DNA of 63,014 nt, the filler included, from Octopus bimaculoides (taxonomy: Eukaryota): assembly GCF_001194135.2 (NCBI RefSeq). It is 9 parts of 9 records of this genome, joined end to end, with 100 filler letters (N's around TTAATTAATTAA, not from the genome) between each part and the next. Parts side by side here need not be neighbours in the genome. Positions count along the whole stretch, not along the records: positions 23,368 to 43,103 come from NC_068982.1; 8 more parts are not named here. One strand, 5' to 3'. The notes below the pieces were generated by a model. That model was not told the DNA's origin and ran no database searches. It worked only from the letters and a program-made list of their open reading frames with translations. The first letter of the stretch is position 1. Every line of letters starts with the position of its first letter. Positions 27,870-40,650 of this stretch are shown in pieces. Made by a program: the position numbers and the translations under genes.

Positions 27870-29640
27870 TGCTGCAGTCACAGAGAGGGTCATAGCCCAA
27901 ATAATTAGGGAGAGAATCAGTCTAGATGAGATGCAGTTTGGGTTTGTGCCAGGGAAAAGCACCACTGATGCTATATTTCTGGTAAGACAGCTGCAGGAGA
28001 AATACCTAGCCAAAGATAAACCTCTATACCTGGCTTCTGTTGACATAGAGAAAGCCTTTGACAAGATCCCCTGATGCCTTACCTGGTGATCAATGCGGAA
28101 ACTAGGAATAGATGAGTGGTTAGTGAGAGCTGTAAGAGCCATGTACAGGGATGCTGTCAGTAAGGTGAGGGTTGAAAATGAGTACAGTGAAGAATTCACA
28201 GTAGGGGTCCACCAATGATCAGTCCTCAGCCCCCTCTTTTCATCATAGTCCTTCAGGCAATAACAGAGGAATTCAAGACAGGATGCCCCTGGGAGTTTCT
28301 CTATGCTGAATACATTGTTCTAATAGCTGCATCACTCTCAGAACTAGAGGAGAAGTTTCAAGTGTGGAAGCAAGGACTAGAATCGAAGGGTCTTAGAGTC
28401 AATCTAGCAAAAACCAAAGTCTTAATAAGTAGGAAGGCAGGCAAACCACAAACCACAGGTAGATGGCCCTACTCGGTATGTAGAAAAGGAATAGGTAGAA
28501 ACTCCATAAGATGTCCCTGGTGTAAGCTATGGATGCATAAGAGGTGCAGCAATATCAAAAGAAGGCTAACTGGGAAGATAGTTTTTGTGTGTGGCAAATG
28601 CTCAGGGGCAAATGTGCAGAAAACAGCCTCCATCACATTCCAGGGGAAAAAGCTAGTAGTTGATAGCCTCCGTTACCTAGGTGACCAAGTCAGTAGCAGG
28701 GGTGGTTGCTCTGAGAGTGTAGCTGCTAGAATAAGAATAGCCTGGGCAAATTTCAGAGAGCTCCTACATCTGCTGGGCCTCTCGCTCCAAGTAAAAGGTA
28801 GACTGTATGATGCATGTGTGCAAACAGCCATGCTACATGGCAGTGAATCATGGGCTGTGACTGCTGAGGACATGTGTAAGCTTGCAGGGAATGAAGCTAG
28901 TATTCTCCACTGGATGTGTAATGTCAGTGTGCATACGCGACAAAGTGTAAGCACCCCAAGAGAAAAGTTGGACATAAGAAACATCAAATGTAGTGTGCAA
29001 GAGAGATGATTTAGCTGGTATGGTCATGTGTTGCCTATGGATGAGGACAGCTGGGTGAAAAAGTGTCACACCCTAGCAGTTGAGGGAACCTGTGGAAGAG
29101 GTAGCCCAGGAAGACCTGGGATAAGGTGGTGAAGCACAACCTTCGAAAATTGGGCCTCACCGAGGCAAAAACAAGTGACCGAGACCTTTGGAGATATGCT
29201 GTGCTTGAGAAGACCTGGCAAGCCAAGTGAAACCATAACCATGGCCTATGGCAGTGCAGCATAACCAGCCCATTTAAGAGCACCCTTCAATCTTTGGGCA
29301 ATAAACTGCGCTTGCGAATACTTGCTGAGGCAAGTGAAGTCATTGTCGTGGCCGATGACAGTACCACCTGATTGCCACCCGTTCCGGTGGCATGTAAAAA
29401 GCGCCATCCGAGCATGGTCATTGCCAGTGCTGCCTGACTGGCCCCTGTGGTGGTGGAATGTAAAAAGCACCCACTACACTCATGGAGTGGTTGGCATTAG
29501 GAAGGGCATCCAGCTGTAGAAACATTGACAGATCGCATTGGTGTCTGGCGTTGCCTTCTAGCTCGCCAGCTCTCAGTCAAACCGTCCAACCCATGCCAGC
29601 ATAGAAAGCAGATGTAAAACGACGACGATGATGATGATGA
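27870..29640 (+). mobile_element. RTE-clade LINE, 5'-truncated (RT, 3' UTR, (GAT)n tail)
   Basis: QFGFVPGKSTTDAIFLVRQLQEK, VDIEKAFD, RYLGDQVS, degenerate YADD (LYAEYIVL), then 3' UTR and gatgatgat. Confidence 0.92.
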
Positions 29641-29932
29641 TGATGTTAGCTGTCTATCTTTCTCAATTTTTTTTCTTTCTTCTTGTTTTTTTGTTTATCT
29701 TGTTAACTCTTATCACATAACTATTCTTCAGTGACACATTTTCCTGCAGATATTTTGTATTTTTAGTCTCCTGATAAACGTGGCATTTATTATTGCTGCA
29801 GAAGCAATTATATAGACATAAATTTTTTAATAGAAATACCATCCTTCTTTCACATGATCTATCTATCTATCTATCTATCTAGATATCTAGCTAGCTAGCT
29901 ACCTCTATATGCGTGTGTGTGTGTATATATGA

Positions 29933-29967
<35 letters not shown>

Positions 29968-30029
29968 NNNNNNNNNNATATATATATGTGTGTGTGTGTA
30001 TATATATATATATACATATATATGTATGT

Positions 30030-30255
30030 ATTCTTGTTCTTTTACTTCTTTCTGTCATTTGACTGTGACCATGCTAGAGCACTGCCTTAAGGGGTTTTAC
30101 TCAAACAAATCGATTTCAGGACTTATTTTACTTTTTTTAAGCCTAGTGCTTATTCTATTGGTCTCTTTTACTGAACTCCTAAGCTACAGGGCTGTAAAAA
30201 CATCAACACTGGTTGTCAAGTGGTGATGGTGGGACAAACACAGACACAAAGACAT
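30030..30255 (-). mobile_element. SINE family A, 3' half, diverged
   Basis: tgactgtgaccatgctagagcactgcc...gggacaaacacagacac. Confidence 0.8.
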
Positions 30256-30291
30256 ACACTCACATAGATACATACATACATATACACGTAT

Positions 30292-30344
<53 letters not shown>

Positions 30345-30524
30345 CATCATCATCATATATATATATATATATATATATCTATATATGTATGTATGTGTAT
30401 ATTATACATGGCGGACTCAACCAGTCTGGTTCTTTTCCGAATTTTTGTTTACAGATATGTGTATGTATATATGTGTGTGTGCGTGTGCATGCGCATGTGT
30501 GTGTGTGTGTGTTTGTGTGTCTCT

Positions 30525-31220
30525 GCTGGCAACTAAGGGCCTCTCGCTTAGGATGAAAAGTAGACTGTATGATGCATGTGAATGAACTGCCATGCTACAC
30601 AGCAGTGAAACAAGGGCTATGACTGTTGAGGACATGTGTAGGCTTGAAAGAAATGAGGCTAGTATGATCCTCTGGATGTGTAATGTCAGTGTGCATACAC
30701 ACCAGAGTGTGAGTGCCCTGAGAGAAAAGTTGGACATAAGAAGCATCAAATGTGGTGTGCAAGACAGAAGACTGCACTGGTATGGTCATGTGATACATAT
30801 GGATGAAGACAGCTGTGTGAGGAAGTGCCACACCCCAACTGTGGAAGGAACCTGTGGAAGGGGTAAACCAGGGAAGACATGGGATGAGGTGATGAAACAT
30901 GATCTTCAAACATTGGGCCTCACAGAGGTAATGACAGGAGACCGAGACCTTTGGCGATATGCTGTGATTGAGAAGACCAGGAAACTAAAGTGAGATCGCA
31001 GCCATGGCCAATGCCAGTGTTGCATGTCAGGCCCATTTAAGAGTACCCTTGATGCATCAGGTGATATAATATACTTGAAAAGACTGTTGGTTCAAGTAAA
31101 ACCAAAATCATAGCTGTGGCCAGTGCCCCTAAGTGGCTCCTGTTCTAGTGGCATGTAAAATGCATCATCCGAATGTGGTTGATGCCAGGTCCACCTGACG
31201 GGCTCCTGTGCTTGTGGCAC
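30525..31220 (+). mobile_element. RTE-clade LINE 3' fragment, second copy
   Basis: MLHSSET...LERNEASM..WMCNV...RRLHWYGHV...GKPGKTWDEV is homologous to 28800-29250. Confidence 0.9.
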
Positions 31221-31265
31221 ATAAGGGACTCGACAATGTCAGATAACATTGTCGAGTCCCTTATG
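31220..31265. other. Perfect 20-bp inverted repeat with a 6-nt loop
   Basis: cataagggactcgacaatgt-cagata-acattgtcgagtcccttatg. Confidence 0.95.
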
Positions 31266-31269
31266 CAAA

Positions 31270-31410
31270 AGCAATAAGTAAGACCAGCTGGTTGACTTGA
31301 GGCTATATAGAAGACACTTGTCGAAAGTACTGTGCTGCAGGACTGAACCTAAACCCACATGATTGCAAAGTGATCTTTTTAACCACACAGCCATACCTGT
31401 GCCTACATAG
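31270..31410 (-). mobile_element. SINE family A head fragment
   Basis: gaggctatatagaagacacttg...ggactgaacc...accacacagccatacctgtgcc. Confidence 0.7.
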
Positions 31411-31989
31411 AGGAGAAAAAATCCATAAAACAACAAGCAAATCTCTACATGGTTACTCACCTGTTATAATTAGCTACCAAACCTATTTTCTATCACACCT
31501 GACCATTTTAAAAGAAAGAAAACATTGGATGTATGTAGTTCTAGGTAGATTATAATCTGAAATGAGGGGATGGTCAAGACTGGAATGTCTTTGATCATAG
31601 TTTTGCTCAGTCAAGGCTGACATCAGGCAGAGCAAGATCAGATGTATTAGTTTCTTTGATTAATTGCTTTAATTATATCAAATAAGTCAAACAAATACAA
31701 ATAAATTATTATAAGTAATATTATACATGATTAATAGGATCAACAAGTAAATTACAATATATACACACAAATATGATTGTATGTATGTGTGTGTGTGTGT
31801 GTGTGTGATTGTATGTATGCATGTGTATATGTATATATGCATGTTTATATGTATGTATGTACATATGTATGTATGTTATCAGTCAGTTTCATTTCTGTAT
31901 ATATGTATGCATGTATGTATGTATGTATGTATGAATGCATTCATATGTGAATGAATGTATGTTTTATTTTCTCTTTTTAATTTAGAATA

Positions 31990-33160
31990 AATTTTGACCA
32001 GACACTTGCTTGGTAGCAAGGTTGTGAAAGAAAGCATCTTGTTTTGTTCATTATCCACTAAATCTAATGAAGGTCTTTTAGATTTTTGTTGTCCCAGATA
32101 TTGTGAACATTTGTAGTGTATGAATAAAGGAGTTGCATTCTCTTCAAGAATCTAAGTACGTTGCTTCCGACAGATGGGTATGTATCCTATTGCTTCAATA
32201 AGAACAAGATATACTTTCAGCTTTATAAGCTCAAAATGTATCTTGGATACAGGATTTGCAAACTCCTTATCAGCGTTTCCCTAGATGTTCTTTTTCTCCC
32301 ATGTGAGATGTGATGTAGTGGTCTTGTGTCCAAGAGAGGCTGCACTTTGTGTCAATTCTATTGTCTTCTTCAAGCTTCCAGGCAACATATCCATGCATAG
32401 TCTTTTTTTTTTTGTATGCTGAGTGCTTTCCATCCAGGTTTTCTCTGAGGTAAGAGAACCCAGCTGTTTTGGGGCTGTATAGGAGATCATCAGGTAGAGA
32501 GTGTTTCTCAAGGAGCTCACTGCCAACTCGTACGATGTTGATCACTTCACTTTTCACCACTGCATTTATATATTAATTTTTGTTGCTGTTGTTCAGCAGG
32601 TGCTGCCTGAGTGATACCATATGGCTTCGATCTACACTGATCTCAGGCCTCTGCCACCTTTCTTTCTTCCTAGGTAGAGCTAGTCAACATCACTGTTTCT
32701 GTGGAAGTTCCCAATTGTTGTCAGGATTTTGCAGTTTTGACATCTATAGAATGGATTTCCTCTACAGACCAATCAAGTATTCCAAATGTCGGGATCAGCA
32801 CTGGTACTGCAACTGCATTGTGGGATATTGTTTTGTTGTAAGAGGAGAGTTCCAGCTATCATATTTCCGAAGTCTGGTGTAATATTCTCAGGTCACTCTA
32901 TCTTTATTCACAGTGCTTTCATATGATACATTTTCACATATGCCTAGGTATTTGTAACATTCTTTGTGTAGAATNNNNNNNNNNNNNNNNNNGGGGGGGG
33001 GGGGTGGAAAGACTGTTGATGCACAGATTTTGGGTTTGGGGGACTGACTTTCCTCATTCTATAACCAAATATGGACATTTCTTTTGGCCAAATTCCATGC
33101 CTATATCAACTGAAAATGTTGTTATTAATTTCAGTAGTTTTTTGGCATTGTTAACACTTT
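31990..33160 (-). mobile_element. R4/Dong-like LINE fragment (RT C-terminal region)
   Basis: KKKTMHGYV..KLEED..ID..CSLSW...ITSH, homologous to 36600-36950 and 39700-39800. Confidence 0.8.
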
Positions 33161-33315
33161 TAGCATAAATCTTGAGGTCGTATGTATGTATGTTTCATTT
33201 TTTTGAGATTTATTCAAGTTCTTAAGAAAGTTCAAACCAGTTGCTAACAAAGCCATAGGACGTTTTGATTAAAAGAATTCTCAGTGTTTGAAATATGCAG
33301 TTGATTTGGTGTTTG

Positions 33316-33418
33316 GTTGGGCTGTCACTGCACACACGCAGGTGTGTAGTTGGGCTGTCACTGCACACACCCAGGTGTGTGGTTGAGCTGTCACTGCACA
33401 CACACCTAGGTGTGTGCA
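33316..33418. repeat. 33-bp minisatellite, three units, each with an internal acacac/gtgtgt hairpin
   Basis: gttgggctgtcactgcacacac(g/c)caggtgtgt(a/g) repeated. Confidence 0.9.
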
Positions 33419-33857
33419 TCTATCACCTAAAGAATCTTAGATGGAGAATTTTTGGAATGTCTTAAAAATTTTCAGTGTGCCACTAATAGATTGTGCTTGG
33501 AGAATCCACATCAGTTTCTTTTGCACTTTCTTTAAAAAACATAGTATTTCTAAGTTGTTTTTTTTTTTGTGTAAATTTGTTAGTACATAGCCTAATGCAC
33601 CTATGATGATAGGCACAAATGAGAATTTATAGTCAGGGTACAAGAGCTGTAAGTTCCACATTAATTCGTTAAATGTTCTCTTTTTTTTCTGGTCTTTTGG
33701 TTGTGCATTCACATCCACTGGGTAGCTAACTTCTACAACAGTGCATAACTTTTGTTCCCTGCCATACAGAATAATATCAGGTCTATTATGTTTGCACCAA
33801 ATTTTTGTTTTAATTGGAGTACTCCACCACTATTCTTTGTTTTTAAAGGTGCGAATT

Positions 33858-36448
33858 TGTTGTAAAGTGGGTTTCCTCAACTAGTGTGATGTGTGACTGC
33901 TGTTGTACTGTATTGCTGTTTTATGCTAGTAGCCACAATAGTCACTAGTCAGTGGATACTGTTGTATGTCTTAGTACTGGAATATACTTTGTGATCTCAG
34001 GCCATTTTGTGTAGCTGTCCACTACTATTAAGAAATAATATCCATTTACTGGGCCTGAAAAATCAATATGCAATCAGGACCATGGTATTTTCACTTCCAG
34101 CCTAGGTTCACATTTTGTAGTAAGTAGTTTTGCTGCAGTTTTTTTACCAGGTTTTCAACTTCCTTGTCTATGCTTGGCCAGTATACAAAACTTCGCATCA
34201 GCACTTTCAATCTAAAGATGCCTGGGTGTCCCACATGGAAGTCTTTTAGCATTCTCTTCTGTAATTTCTGTGGTATGACCACCTTCTGAGCATACATTAG
34301 TACACCATCACATATAGAGTACATGCTCACATCTTGGCAGTTCTTTGCATTAGACCTTTCTTTATTTCCTTTTGCTGATCACAGATTTCTTTTTGACTCA
34401 TTAATAAATGTGTCATTTCTCGTATTTCTTTTTATTTCTTCCATAGTTACTGGTAGTTTATGCATGATGTTCCACATCACTTTTTTAGTTTCCACTTCCG
34501 CTCTTAGCACTGCTATTACAGTGTCCTCCAGTGGTTCATTATTTCTTGGAATTAACCTAGACAGATCATCAGCATGCCCCAAATGTTTTGAAGGCTGATA
34601 TTCCATTCTATAATCATAGTTTAATAGAATGGTACCCCACCGCTGCAATCTGTTTGTTGTTTGACCTTTGAACATTATATTACAAATGTGTTCACCTGTG
34701 AAATATAATTTTCTACCCATAACACCATATGCCATTTTGTTTGGACTACATAATTTTGATTTACCCATTTGTTCCCTTGTTTTCTTATTTATGATTGTGA
34801 TGTCACTTCCCATCTCTGATAGCATTCTGACACTAGTTGTTTCAATTCTCATATTCACAAATTTTCTGTTTGTTGTAGTCACAACTATCCCTGCTGACAA
34901 ACTATTTATTTTTTCTTGTTTGTTCCATTTTCCTATTATTCTAGTTTTGCAGTGCAATTTTATGTGTCCAGTAAATCTGCTGTGAAAACATTGCTTTTTT
35001 ATACAGACAATCTTTTTTCAGGTGCATCCCACCACATTCCATACATAAGTCTTCATCCCGATATTTTTCTGTTTTTCCCACCACACTTCTTTTATCTTCC
35101 AACTTTTTTGCACTGGTCTTATGCGAAAACACTCTTTACATTGAATTTCTTCCATGTCATGCCTTAATTTTTATATTGTGTCACACTCTTCCAACAGTTT
35201 CTTATTTCTTTATTGCCCACAAGGGGCTAAACATAGAGGGGACAAACAAGGACAGACAAAGGGATTAAGTCGATTACATCGACCCCAGTTTGTAACTGGT
35301 ACTTGATTTATCGACCCCGAAAGGATGAAAGGCAAAGTCGACCTCGGCGGACATATAACTCTTCCAACAGTTTCTGCAATGTTAAATCCTGGTTAAATCC
35401 AGTTTTGCTAGAATTTTCGTTTGGATTTCTGCATCTTTTTATCTGTCAATCCTTATGCAAAAATCAAACACTTGAATCTGGAGTAAGCATATCTAGCCTA
35501 AATCTCTCACTTTCCTTGTTGACTCTGATAGTGTAAGTAGTGAAGGCTTTATCTTCACTCTTTTCTATGTTTAAACAATTCCATCTAGTATTAAACAGTG
35601 AGCTCTTTTCACTAAACACTTTGCACAAAATGTCGACTGTGTTGGTGAAATTTGTGTTGGACACTTATTTTGGCAATATGAAGTTACTATACATCTCATG
35701 CTCTGCTGTTGCTAGTTTTCTTAAAACTCGATGCATTTTCATTTTGTCCATCCAATCCTGACATTCTTTTTCAAAACTTTGTTCAAATCTTTGAAAGTAA
35801 GCCTCGATGATTACTCCTCCTTTAGGGTCATATTTGAATCTGCTTATGGAATTTGCTACATGGTCAGGTGAGAATGTATTCTCCAGTTTGATTATCAACT
35901 TCATTAGTTGTAACATTTGCTGCTGCAATCCTTGTTGTTGTTCTCATTGTTCCTTGAGTTGTTGTTGTTGCTACTCAGCTACCCCAGCTAACAAGTCTTC
36001 TATATTTTACAATTTTTGTAAGTTTGCACAACAAGATTTTTGCTTCTTTTTTTGTCAAGTTAATTGATTTTCCACGTGAATTAGTTTAAATGCTCCATGT
36101 GAATGCTTTCTTTTTCACTCCACATAAATTTGTTTTTCTTCATCCCCACTGTTGTAAAGCAGGTTCCCCCCACTGGTGTGATGTGTGACTGCCCCATTGT
36201 ACTATACTTGCTGTTATACACTAGTAGTCACAATAGTTACTAGTCATTGAATACCATTGTATCTCTTTGTACCAGAATAGTAATACACTAACTTCTTCTG
36301 TCTTACTATCACTGATAGCTCCAAAAGACACTGACTAGAACAGTCGACTCTCAACTCTTCAACTCTTGACCCTCTCTTGATGACCAGCTATAATGGCTGA
36401 TCCCTACCACTTTTTACCAGGTGGGGCATACAATTTCACTATACAACA
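33858..36448 (-). mobile_element. Gypsy (Mag-like) LTR retrotransposon, internally deleted
   Basis: Diverged direct LTR copies start TGTTGTAAAG at 33858 and 36150 and the right copy ends CAACA at 36448. PBS-like gtggggatgaag (a decayed TGGCGACGAG) at 36138-49. TSD gaatt/gaata. Remnants of gag, CCHC knuckle, protease (GSDITII), RNase H (RLQRWG..LLNYDY..HADDLSRL) and integrase HHCC (HVGHPGI..K.LMRSFVYWP). Confidence 0.92.
35203..35357 (-). mobile_element. SINE family B, 5'-truncated, inside the Gypsy element, with an 18-bp TSD
   Basis: actcttccaacagtttct at both 35185-35202 and 35358-35375. Confidence 0.92.
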
Positions 36449-37702
36449 GAATATATGTTGGTTCTGACATGCCTTTGATGTATACATCAGGGCAATCCTT
36501 CCCACAGATAGCACTGTAAATAGTCTTTGTGACTATACAATGTCTCAGGGGCAGGTAGTATCTCATAGACATTTTGGGGTATTTGCTGATGATGTGGGTA
36601 ATATCTTCCACACTGGTATAACAAAGCTGACATTTTGATCACAACGTGGAGGTTTGGTAGTATCTTTGTCTCTCTTGTTTATCAGGTATTTAGTCACTAT
36701 CTCCTGTAGTACAATAGAAAAGGTACACCCTTCTAGGTGAGATGTAATGTATCTATCACACATCTTGATGAGGTTACTCTTCCTGTCAATACTATTGCTG
36801 CTCTCTAGCTTACAGAATATGTACTCATGTGGTATGATGCCTGATTCTATTTCAAACATTTGTTTAGGTAGGTCACTTCAGCCTCCTTTGGGTCACATGA
36901 AACAGTTGTATTCTCATATTACTTGCACAGTAGTTTTTCTCTAACTCTGAAGATGTTGCTCTCACTTTTGAGTATGCATGGAATGTACTTATTTCCTTCT
37001 TTACTGTTCGGGTGTTGTCTGAGTGATACAGTGTGATATTCAAAGGTTGTCTGGACTGACCTTATGCCTCTACTACCAACATTTCATTTCACATAGATCT
37101 TATTGGTGTTGCTATTAATTTGGAAGCTGTCAGTGGTGGTCATTGATTCTCATTGATTTCCAGATACTTGTGGTTTTCATCAATAGAGATAGATGAGATA
37201 GACAAGCCATTGATGTATATGTTGACTATCATGTACAAGCATTTATCTTGCCCAAAACCCATTCCAATGCCTCATGAGAATGTTGTGACTAGTTCTAACA
37301 ATCTCTTGACGTTGATCATACAACCAGAATATAACTTTATGTTGTCAACAACAAATGTGTGGGTGACATTAATTTTATTCTTTTCTGCATATACCAGCAT
37401 GTAGTTTTGGTGTTTTGTCAACAGGGCTAATAAGGAATTCATTGCCATTACAAATAACATTACAGATAAACTATTACCCTGGAATATGCCTATTGGTAGC
37501 TTAATTCCCTTCATAACAATAGGTGTTGTTTTAGTAGTTGTCTGTGTGGACAGTTTTTCAGTAGCATTCATTACTATAGTGAATGCCACTGAAAGACTGA
37601 CCACAACATGGTCCACACAGTTAACACTGACAACAACTGCATCAAGAACTTCGTCTGACCCATGCATGTATTGAAAAGTGGACATTAAAACAATGATGAT
37701 CA

Positions 37703-37736
<34 letters not shown>

Positions 37737-38262
37737 ACACGTGAATGGCAGTGTTTGTGGGAACGGGTGTTGGTATACTATATCAACAGAATGAAAACAA
37801 GCATAACTGTCACACCCACACATACACACAAAGTAGATTTACTTCGGTCTCCAGAGCTGGGTGGGACTAAGAAGCAGAAGATAACAATATGCAGCATTTC
37901 AAAGTAAGTTTACAGGTGAAATGTTTAGCATAACTGAAAATTGAGAACTGGTTCTATCTTGTTCACATAAACCTATCACTACTTTCATACTAAGTGTCCC
38001 TTAGGCTGCCCAAATCTTGTTCGTGTTTTTTTCTTCCTTTCTTCCTACCTTCCTTCCTTTCTTTTTGTCTTTATTTCTGTTTTAAGGACATCCCCCTTTC
38101 ACATTCTCAAACAGGTATGTCAGTTCTAAATTTCGTTCATTGAAACAGTCTTCATAAGCACATTAAGTGGATGCTGAGCACTCCCATATATGTTTTTACT
38201 TCCCACATATAAACACACTCAGATATATACACATAAACACCCCCAAAACCCATACATACAGG

Positions 38263-38314
<52 letters not shown>

Positions 38315-38589
38315 TACATGTATATATATGATTGTCCATACAAACACATATTTATCATATGAATAATAAAATAAATATGCTGTGAAATTCATTGAGCAGA
38401 GACAGACACAAATTTATACGTACATGTATACATACATGTATACATACAGACATACATACATACATACATATATACATACATGCATGCATACATACATACA
38501 TACATATATTTCCACAAATATACACCCAAACACACCCACTGACATTCACATGAACATACATATATAATATATCTATATCTATCTGCAAG

Positions 38590-38606
38590 CATACACATAC
38601 ACACAC

Positions 38607-38639
<33 letters not shown>

Positions 38640-39250
38640 CCTATCTACCTATCTACACACACACACACATGCACACATCTATGTGTCTAACTACCTATCT
38701 GTCTGTCTGTCTATCTATCTATTTATCTATCTATCTACCTACCTACCAACCTACATGCCTACCCACCTACCTACCTACCTACCTACCTACCTACCTACCT
38801 ATCTACCCACCTTCATACATACATACATTTATACCGGCCTACCTATCTACCTACCTACCTACCTATCTACCTACCTACCTACCTACCTACCTACCTACCT
38901 ATCTATCTACCCACCTACATACATACATAAATATATACATTTATACCTACCTACCTACCCACCTACCTACCTACCTACCTACCTACCTACCTACCTACCT
39001 ACCTACCTATCTACCCACCTTCATACATACATATATTTATACCAGCCTACCTACCTATCTACCTATCTACCTACCTACCTACATACATACCTATCTATCT
39101 ACCCACCTACATACATACATACATACATTTATACCTACCTACCTACCTACCTACCTACCTATCTACTTACCTACCTACCTACCTACATACATACATACAT
39201 ACATACATACATACATACATGCATACATACATACATACATACATACATAC
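38590..39250. repeat. Compound (ATCT)/(ACCT)/(ACAT)n array with a ~100-bp higher-order unit
   Basis: ctatctacccacc...catttatacc recurs at about 38799, 38903, 39008 and 39095. Confidence 0.9.
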
Positions 39251-39251
39251 A

Positions 39252-40130
39252 TGTAACAAAACACTTGTCACTAAAGAATATTGCAGCCAAATAAAGAAAA
39301 TTTCGACCTCAGAACTCTCTGCATTCAATAAAACAGTGGCCCACAATGAGTTTGCAGTGCCTGTACTCATACCAACATTTGGGCTGCTTGATTGGATGCT
39401 TGATGAGATCCAAGCCATTGATGTGAAAACCCGAAAAATACTAACAAACACACATAATTTCCACTTAAACAGTGACAAGGCAGCAGAGGCTTAACATCAA
39501 TCCAAAGAGCCATTGAATGTTGTATCACATCCCTTCAGCAACATCTTTTAACCACCAAGGGTTGACTGATAACATCATAAGAATAGGAAGGCAGCTTCTT
39601 GAGCAACATTCCTTGTCTGATAACCTAGAATGCATGCCCAAAGAAGTCACATGACCACCACAATGTACCATCAGATGAAAGGTTGAGCCTATATGAGCAG
39701 GAGACTATGCATGGATATGTTAGTAGAAAGCTCTGAGATAATAATAACATTAATCATCAAAGCAGTCTTTCATGGACCAATAGCTGGATTACAACCTCCC
39801 ATTTTGAAGGGTATGCATTTGCAATTCAGGAACAGGAAATATTAACCAAATACCTGATGCACAAAAGGGTTAGAGATGCAGGAACAGTAATAAAATATAA
39901 CATGTGATGCAGGCTTTGTGGAGTTAACACCAAAGGTATCACCCACATCATAAGCAGTTGTCCAAAAATGTCATCATGGTATTATCTACCTATGAGACAT
40001 GCTGTTGTAGCTCTATAATGAAATCCACCAGAAGGATAACTCCAAGGACAAGGAAATAAGAACTCACAATATGGTAGAAACCATAGCCACTCATAATCAA
40101 AAGGAGTACTGGTGGAATGTCTAGATTATG
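39252..40130 (+). mobile_element. R4/Dong-like LINE fragment
   Basis: NKTVAHNEFAVPVLIPTFG..DW...IDVKTRKIL; MHGYV; FAIQEQEILTKY; CRLC...ITHIISSCPKM; KEYWWNV. Confidence 0.88.
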
Positions 40131-40329
40131 CAAGTCTCAACTGCTAGTAGCTGAGATTCCAACTTTCTATGTTAATAACTCTCCAACCCATGCCAACATG
40201 GAACATAGACGTTAAGTGAAATGTTAAAAGAAAGTTTTTAATTCATATATACAATAAATATATGTAATTCAAAAACACATTTCGTGTAGCTTATTTTATA
40301 ACCAAAAAAACAGGTACAGATTATAAACA

Positions 40330-40650
40330 ATGAAAAGCCGATTTTGGTGATTCATTTGCCAGAGGTAGTAGAGAGCCAATCCGATGATAAATCTGACCTT
40401 GGATCTTGAAAGATTGCATGAATCCTGGTTCAGTTAAACCTCTTGTAGCTTCAAATGATGTCATCTGTAGTGCAGTGTTGTATTGTCTAATTTTGTTTTG
40501 GAAGTGCTTGGAATCTTGGTCAGTTGACGACAACAGTTTCTTCAATGACTCTGTTTTCTTGTATGTCTCCACTGTCCTGTTTTTGTTACCAACTTTGACC
40601 CTCTGCAAATCCCGAATTTTAGTTTGGTTTTTTCAGGATCAACTGCCTTA
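40330..40650 (-). mobile_element. Helitron Rep/Hel N-terminal fragment
   Basis: SKHFQNKIRQYNTALQMTSF...FKIQGQIYHRIGSLLP is a characteristic Helitron motif. Confidence 0.85.

Larger units (their letters stand above)
33430..37660 (-). mobile_element. R4/Dong-like LINE interrupted by a Gypsy element (LINE parts 33430-33857 and 36449-37660)
   Basis: RT (GIFQGNSLS..LFVMAMN), zinc-finger region (ITHIISKYPKM...RH) and RLE (KHNRPDII...VEVSYPVDVN...VPIIIGALG). Removing the insert restores the frame SEPTYIRTFKNKE*WW. Confidence 0.88.

Noticed and set aside
29750-29815. Hydrophobic frame IFCIFSLLINVAFIIAAEA after a cag acceptor
   Set aside because: There is no in-frame ATG and no phase-1 GT donor, so it cannot join exon 46140.
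33316-33418. Regularly spaced ~33-bp repeats considered as a CRISPR array
   Set aside because: The units are contiguous with no unique spacers, there are no cas genes, and the context is eukaryotic.
37486-37674. Plus-strand ORF resembling a signal peptide plus Thr-rich stalk, a tempting PTTG1IP exon 1
   Set aside because: It is the antisense reading of the R4-like RT (GIFQGNSLS on the minus strand) and has no suitable phase-1 donor.
37855-37903. Exon-like segment ending AAA|gtaagt (MQHFK)
   Set aside because: It ends in phase 0, which is incompatible with the phase-1 acceptor at 46140, and has no other support.
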